A stretch of 64,000 nucleotides of DNA. Source: Planctomycetota bacterium. Lineage in GTDB: Bacteria; Planctomycetota; SZUA-567; H5-PLA8. Every line of letters starts with the position of its first letter. Position 1 is the stretch's first letter. The stretch covers positions 32,001 to 96,000 of the forward strand of contig BTVV01000004.1 in the NCBI GenBank assembly GCA_045863855.1. Direction: 5' to 3'. The position numbers were made by a program, and so were the translations under genes. This document shows, piece by piece, positions 58,647 through 64,000 of the stretch. The notes under the pieces are model-generated. The model searched no databases, was not told the DNA's origin, and saw only the letters and a list, made by a program, of their open reading frames with translations.

Positions 58647-58825
58647 CTGATCGGCTCCTTAAGATGTAAATGGCTGGCGACGAAGCAAGCAGGCTAGCCG
58701 ATGCATCCGGAGCGTCACGGACCTTTTGCGACCCGACTTGCGCGGATCGTCCGGAGCCTGACAATCGTCCTGAAGAAGGCCGCCGCGCCGAGCGTCGGTC
58801 TCACGTCCGAGGACCGCACGCAGCG

Positions 58826-60667
58826 ATGAATTCCGTCTTCAAGCGGCTGATGGCAAGCCTGATCCTTTGCGCGTGCGCCGTAGGCGCGCAGGACCCTCCG
58901 CCGCGGCCTTCGCCGCATCCGGCCGCCGCGCGCGTGCCCGCGTTCGCCTTCGCGGCGCTCCGGTTTCCAAACCTCGGTCAGCCCCTCGACAGTTTCGCGG
59001 CCTATTGCAGCACCATCGTGGGCAACAGCGGCGCGCTGGGCAAGCTCTTCCTGTCCAGCGCCCTGTTCCCGGTATCGATCGACCCCGGCGACGGGATCGC
59101 TCAGGATCAGCCTGCGGGGGTCTATTGGATCGACCCGGTGCGCGCGGGCCGGACGTTCGAAGTGGCACTAAGTCTGCCTGTCGCCGACGCAGCGCGGTTC
59201 CGCGCGGCCCTTAAGGAAGCCTACGGCGCAGAAGGCGACGGCGATAAGCTCAGCTTTTCGATCATGCAAGGCGTCGGCCAGAAAGATCGCACCTTTGTCG
59301 TGCGTTTGGACGCCGGACGCGCCTGGTTGGCCCCGAATGCGGAGTTGCTGGACGCGCTGATCCGCCACGAAGCGGCGGCGCTGTTGGCCGAAGCCACGGA
59401 CGAAGTGGCGCTGGACGCCGATCTCGATGCGCTGCGCAAGACGTACGGTCCCGTACTGGGACAGTACCTCGCTTTCGCATCCTTCATGTCGCAAGCGCTT
59501 CTGCCCGAGGCCGCTCCAGCGCTGGCCGAAATTTCGCGGCATGCGCTGCCTACGTGGGAGCAATTGGGCGCGCTGACGTTGCGCCTGCGCTTCGACGGTA
59601 CCACTGCCTGCCTGGGCGGGCGGCTGCACGCGCACGCGGGAACGGCGCTGGCGGATTTCTGGGACGCCCGCGCACCCAGGATGGGCGCCGATCTGGCTAA
59701 GCTCTTACCGGCAGCAACCCCTTTCTTCGCCCAATTGCCGAATCACGATTTGGCCTTTCTGGACTTGGCCGTGCGGGAAGCCTTCCGCCTCGCGCTGAAA
59801 CTCGAAAGCCCCGAAGCACGCAAAGCGCTGGCGGTCTGGCGGCAGGCCATGGCGCAACTGGCGCATGCCGCCGAACGCGCCGCTTCCGTGAGCCTGCTGC
59901 CAGCGCCGGGCGGCAAGCTTCGCATCGCGATGGCGCTGGATACGCAGAACCCCGACGCGGCCGCAAAAGCGCTGGAGGTTTACCTCCAAGCCGTAACCGC
60001 CGCGGGCGGTGAAAGCTTGCGCGCAGCCCTGAACTTGCCCAAGGATGCGCCCGCGCCGCTGGTCCTGAACGCCTTGCCGGCCGAAACCCACGGCGCGCGA
60101 AGCATCGCCGGCTTCGACTTGGACTTCACGCCGGGCCTCCCCCTCCCCGCGGGCCTGCGCGAGGTTTTGGCGCGGGCAACCGGCTGGCCGCTGACGATTC
60201 GGATCGCGCGCACCGAGGCCGGCGTGCTCGCCGTGGCCGGCGTCGACGCGCTCGGCACGGCGCGCGAACTGCTCGACCTAAGCGCCGGCGATCCGGTGCA
60301 AAGCCTCGCCGGACATGCCGTCTTGAAGGACGAACTCGCCGCACTCGCCGAAGGCGTGGACCTTTGGACGCGCGTGAACCTGTTGGCCACCGCGGCGATG
60401 CTGCTCGAAGCGTGGGTTCCACCGGACACGCTGGATTTCGAAGCGATCACGCGCCGGCTTTCGGACGCAGCGGTGCGCGTGCGACTCGAAACCGGCGGCC
60501 AATGCGCCGGACTCGAGATTCGCGCCCCCGCCGAATCGATCGAAGCGCTGATGGAAGCCTACTTGCGCCTCAAACGCCGCGGCATCGATCCGCTGACGCT
60601 GCTGCTGCATGCAAGGCCGGGCGGCGGAACCGTACCCGCACCCCTGCCGCCCCCGCCCGACGAGTAG
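58826..60667 (+). CDS. Secreted hypothetical protein (613 aa)
   Basis: GAGGA upstream; signal peptide MNSVFKRLMASLILCACAVGA; long Ala/Leu-rich alpha/beta ORF, Pro-rich termini. Confidence 0.7.
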   Translation: MNSVFKRLMASLILCACAVGAQDPPPRPSPHPAAARVPAFAFAALRFPNLGQPLDSFAAYCSTIVGNSGALGKLFLSSALFPVSIDPGDGIAQDQPAGVYWIDPVRAGRTFEVALSLPVADAARFRAALKEAYGAEGDGDKLSFSIMQGVGQKDRTFVVRLDAGRAWLAPNAELLDALIRHEAAALLAEATDEVALDADLDALRKTYGPVLGQYLAFASFMSQALLPEAAPALAEISRHALPTWEQLGALTLRLRFDGTTACLGGRLHAHAGTALADFWDARAPRMGADLAKLLPAATPFFAQLPNHDLAFLDLAVREAFRLALKLESPEARKALAVWRQAMAQLAHAAERAASVSLLPAPGGKLRIAMALDTQNPDAAAKALEVYLQAVTAAGGESLRAALNLPKDAPAPLVLNALPAETHGARSIAGFDLDFTPGLPLPAGLREVLARATGWPLTIRIARTEAGVLAVAGVDALGTARELLDLSAGDPVQSLAGHAVLKDELAALAEGVDLWTRVNLLATAAMLLEAWVPPDTLDFEAITRRLSDAAVRVRLETGGQCAGLEIRAPAESIEALMEAYLRLKRRGIDPLTLLLHARPGGGTVPAPLPPPPDE

Positions 60668-60705
60668 CCTCGGCAAGGCATTCGCCGCTGCGGCGTTATT
60701 CTGCG

Positions 60706-60793
60706 TTCCACTGCCCGTGCAAAAACTCTATCATTCCGTTCATCTCCGCATGCTTCGCGTTGACGGCGCTGCATGCCGTCCCTTTTTCGGAGG
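60706..60793 (+). promoter_or_regulatory. Candidate promoter plus leader hairpin upstream of the PLP enzyme
   Basis: TTCCAC-N17-TATCAT (60706-60734); hairpin GACGGCG-CTGCA-TGCCGTC (60762-60780) followed by CCTTTTT and then the GGAGG RBS. Confidence 0.35.
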
Positions 60794-60803
60794 TAGCGCT
60801 CCC

Positions 60804-62108
60804 ATGCCGCGTAAACTGCCGCCCGCCGCAGGGCCTTCGCTGTACAGCCGCCTGATCCACGGTCGCGCGCGCGACGAACACTGGGACTATCGCCACCACG
60901 TGGTTCCGCCACAGTCTTCTTCGACGGCGTATCGTTTGGAAGATGCGGCGCGGGGCGCGCGGGGATTCGCGGAGTTCGCCCACGAGGAAGATCCGGACAA
61001 ACGCCGCAAGGCGCCGATCTACATCTACGACCGGCTCGCCGAACCGACCCGCGACATGCTCGAAGAAGTGCTGGCCGAGAGCGAACGCGGCGAGATCGCC
61101 GTCACCTTCGCCACGGGCATGGCGGCCATCGCCGCGGGTCTCGGCGTCACGGTGCAAGGCGGCGAGCACATCGTCGCCGACCAGGTCCTCTACGGAAGCA
61201 CTTACAGCCTATTGACCGAATGGCTCCCCAAGTACGGCATCCGCACCACCTTTGTCGATCTGTCCCATCCCGAGCGGCTTGCGCGGGTGGTGACGCCCAA
61301 AACCCGCGCGGTCTATTTCGAAAGCCCGGCCAATCCGAACCTGAAACTAATCGACATCCGCGCCGTCCGGCAGGCCGTGGACGCGCTGAACCGCAGACGC
61401 AAAGGGCGCGAACGCATCCGTATCCTGGTCGACAACACCTTTGCGACGCCTTTCTGCCAGCGCCCGCTCGAACACGGCGTCGATCTCTCGATCCAGAGCC
61501 TGACGAAAAACATCTGCGGTTTCGGAACCGACATGGGAGGCGCGGTCATCGGCGCGCGTGCCTTTCGCGGGCCGCTTCTGAGCTACCGCAAAGACTTCGG
61601 CGGCGTGCTCTCGCCTAAAGCGGCGTGGCCGATCCTGGTCTACGGACTCCCCACCCTCGCGCTGCGCGTACGGCACCAGGAAGCCACGGCGCTGGAGGTC
61701 GCACGCTTCCTGGAAGAACACGCCAAGATCGACCGCGTCCGCTACCCGGGCCTCTCCAGCTTCCCGCAGCACGACCTCGCGCGCCGCCAGATGCTCGACT
61801 ACGACGGGCGCTTCGCTCCGGGTTCGATGCTCTATTTTGTCCTGAAGGGCGCGCCCGCCGCCGCGCGGAAGAAAGCCGAGAAGCTGATCGACCGGCTCGC
61901 GCGCGAAGCCTACACCGTCACGCTGGCCGTCTCGCTGGGCCAGGTGCGCACGCTGGTCGAACATCCCAGCAGCATGACGCACAGCAGCGTGCCGCTGGCC
62001 AAACAGCTCAAGGAAGGCATCGATCCGGGCGGCGTGCGTATCTCGATCGGACTGGAAAGCGCGCGGGACTTGATCGGCGATCTGGCGGCCGCGTTGCGGA
62101 AGGTCTAA
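60804..62108 (+). CDS. PLP-dependent Cys/Met metabolism enzyme (methionine gamma-lyase / cystathionine gamma-synthase family, 434 aa)
   Basis: YIYDRLAEPT, FATGMAAI, LYGSTY, YFESPANP, VDNTFATP, SLTK (PLP Lys), LAVSLG, HPSSMTH, RISIGLE; GGAGG RBS before ATG 60804. Confidence 0.9.
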   Translation: MPRKLPPAAGPSLYSRLIHGRARDEHWDYRHHVVPPQSSSTAYRLEDAARGARGFAEFAHEEDPDKRRKAPIYIYDRLAEPTRDMLEEVLAESERGEIAVTFATGMAAIAAGLGVTVQGGEHIVADQVLYGSTYSLLTEWLPKYGIRTTFVDLSHPERLARVVTPKTRAVYFESPANPNLKLIDIRAVRQAVDALNRRRKGRERIRILVDNTFATPFCQRPLEHGVDLSIQSLTKNICGFGTDMGGAVIGARAFRGPLLSYRKDFGGVLSPKAAWPILVYGLPTLALRVRHQEATALEVARFLEEHAKIDRVRYPGLSSFPQHDLARRQMLDYDGRFAPGSMLYFVLKGAPAAARKKAEKLIDRLAREAYTVTLAVSLGQVRTLVEHPSSMTHSSVPLAKQLKEGIDPGGVRISIGLESARDLIGDLAAALRKV

Positions 62109-62117
62109 GCGGACCGC

Positions 62118-64000
62118 TCAAGCGCGGATGATCTCTTCGTAGCTGCGCAGGTCGGAGGGAATCGAAACGCCGGGGCGCAGTTCCATCACGTCGTCGGCGA
62201 CGTCGGACGCCACGAGCAGCAGCGAGCCTTCTTCGGACTGGATCTCGATCAGCGAGGTGCTTCCGTCGCCCACGTCCTGCTCGGGCGGCGGCACCGACCC
62301 CGGCGCTTTGGGCGTCCAACTCCGTTCGACTTCCACGTTGAGCGGCGAAAGCTTGGGCTTTTCCTGCAGGTCCCAAAGCAGACGCAGCTTCGAACCCGGC
62401 GGAATGGGCGTCTCGGCCTGGACCTGCAACCGCGCGCGCCGCTCGGACCGGTTGCAGACCATCCGCACCACCACGGCATTCACCGGCTTGCGCCCGTCCT
62501 GGACCAGCTTGCACGGCAAGGTGAATAGAATGGACTGCGACCCTGGCTCGACCCGCGAGGTGACGTTATGCGGCGTCCCCGCCGCCGTCCCGCTGCCGGT
62601 GGCCGACGGCGGAATGATGCCGCGCAGCGAATAAATCGGAATCGGCTTCGCCACGTTCTTGACCGGACAGTCGGGCAGCCGGAAAACGATCGCTCGGTCG
62701 CGGATCTCTTCGTAGGTGCCTTCGCCCACGAAAACCTGACCGCGTCCCGCGATCGATTCGACGCGCTGCGCCAAGTTGACCGCGTTGCCGATCACCGTGA
62801 ATTCGATCTTGCGCTCGCTGCCGATGTTGCCGGCGATGAAATCGCCGGTGTTCAAACCGATGCCATGGCCCAGCGGCTCGGGCGGCTTAACGATGTTTTC
62901 GTCCAGCGCCAGTTCGCGGTTGAAGACGAACATCGCGTTTTGCATCTCGATGGCCGCGGTCACGCTGTTCGCCGTGGCGAACTCGGCGCTGACCAGCACG
63001 CCCCAGAAGGCCATGATCGCGTCGCCGCCGGTCTTGTCCACCGTCCCGCCGCGGGCAAAGATGATTTCCTGCATGACGCGGAAATAGCGGTTCAGCAGCG
63101 CGACGACGTCCCCCGGGCGCATTTGCGCGGCCATGCGCGTGAATCCGACGATATCGGAGAAGAAGACCGTCCCGTGCTTCAACGACCCGCCCAGTTCGAC
63201 GGTCAGTTCCTTCTTGATGATCCGGTCGACCAGATGCGGGCTCAGGAAGCGCTGCAAGTTCTGGCGGCTCGCGGCTTCGGAGGCCGCCTGGCGCGCCAGT
63301 TCGGCGTTCTTGATCACGATCGCGAGCTGCCCCGTGACCGCGTTGATCAGGTTCACGTCGTCGGGACCGAAGCGGCGCGCGGCGTCTTTGGTATCGAGAT
63401 AAAGAATGCCCAAGTCGTCGTCGCTGGCGATAAGCGGCGAGCACATCACCGAGTGAATCTCGAGGCGCGCCATCGACATCGCGGGGTTGTACGCCGCATC
63501 GCTGGTCGCGTCGCTGACCAGGATCGACTGCCGCAGCTCGCGCACGCGGTTGACGATCGTCCGCGAGACGGCCACCTCGTGCTCTTGCCCCGGCACCGGA
63601 TTGCGGACTTTCTGCACGCTCACCGGACCTTGGCGCGTGGTGAGCGCGTCGCTTTCCAGCCCCTCGGCCGCGATGCTCTGCGGAATCTCGCCATCGGGGC
63701 CGTACAGCAGGATGAACCCGCGCTCGGCCTGCGGGAAGACCTCGAAGAGCTTGTCCAGGCAGGTCATCAGCACCTTGCGCGGCTCCAGCGACGAAGCCAG
63801 CGCCTGCCCGATATCGAGGAGCAGCTTCAGGCGCTGCGTCACGCGCTTGAGCTGAATCAGGTCGCTCGAAGACTCTTCCTCGGCGGTGACCGCGCCCTTG
63901 CCGGCCGCCATCGAGTAATCGATGCTCGGCGCCGCCTCGCTGACGTCTTCGCGTACGCGAACGATGGAAAGACTGGCGTCGGAAAGATGCTGCGGGCCGG
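62118..64000 (-). CDS. GAF-domain class III adenylate cyclase, 5' end outside the window
   Basis: Frame stays open from 63911 to the window edge; GAF (IHSVMCSPL...LGILYLD); FFSDIVGFT, DKTGGDAIMAFWG, EFTVIGNAVNLAQRVES (Lys/Thr ATP-specifying pair, Asn/Arg catalytic pair). Confidence 0.92.
   Translation of the reverse strand, partial: GPQHLSDASLSIVRVREDVSEAAPSIDYSMAAGKGAVTAEEESSSDLIQLKRVTQRLKLLLDIGQALASSLEPRKVLMTCLDKLFEVFPQAERGFILLYGPDGEIPQSIAAEGLESDALTTRQGPVSVQKVRNPVPGQEHEVAVSRTIVNRVRELRQSILVSDATSDAAYNPAMSMARLEIHSVMCSPLIASDDDLGILYLDTKDAARRFGPDDVNLINAVTGQLAIVIKNAELARQAASEAASRQNLQRFLSPHLVDRIIKKELTVELGGSLKHGTVFFSDIVGFTRMAAQMRPGDVVALLNRYFRVMQEIIFARGGTVDKTGGDAIMAFWGVLVSAEFATANSVTAAIEMQNAMFVFNRELALDENIVKPPEPLGHGIGLNTGDFIAGNIGSERKIEFTVIGNAVNLAQRVESIAGRGQVFVGEGTYEEIRDRAIVFRLPDCPVKNVAKPIPIYSLRGIIPPSATGSGTAAGTPHNVTSRVEPGSQSILFTLPCKLVQDGRKPVNAVVVRMVCNRSERRARLQVQAETPIPPGSKLRLLWDLQEKPKLSPLNVEVERSWTPKAPGSVPPPEQDVGDGSTSLIEIQSEEGSLLLVASDVADDVMELRPGVSIPSDLRSYEEIIRA

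Overview
High-GC bacterial chromosomal segment. The gene repertoire (GntR-LacI regulator, MoxR/DUF58/BatA-VWA/DUF4159 cluster, PilZ-MshEN protein, ECF sigma plus FecR-like partner, giant secreted beta-propeller proteins) suggests Planctomycetota or another PVC lineage (inference). Left end (1-6.2 kb) is housekeeping: a partial RluA/RluD pseudouridine synthase, a PilZ-MshEN-PilZ protein and sdhCAB. The middle (6.2-46 kb) is an accessory region that looks glycan-related. It holds a ~25 kb co-directional, largely translationally coupled MoxR-VWA operon ending in giant secreted CBM/glycosidase-like/beta-propeller proteins, a divergent GntR-LacI regulator with a recurring candidate operator, another giant secreted protein, a heparinase II/III-like lyase and a HEAT protein. 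46-52 kb: multidomain metalloprotease divergent from an ECF sigma/anti-sigma pair, then tRNA-Asp(GTC). Right end (52-64 kb): MerR, stand-alone homocysteine methyltransferase, MFS, two tandem nucleoside deoxyribosyltransferase-like genes, a low-GC orphan gene bracketed by 36-bp imperfect inverted repeats, Gfo/Idh/MocA oxidoreductase, PLP gamma-lyase family enzyme and a partial GAF-adenylate cyclase. No CRISPR array, rRNA, transposase or integrase was seen. All domain calls are motif recognition by eye, not database searches. Best candidates for an undescribed system: (1) the MoxR/VWA-linked secreted glycan-binding apparatus, whose glycosidase-like domain appears catalytically dead, and (2) the inverted-repeat-flanked gene cassette.
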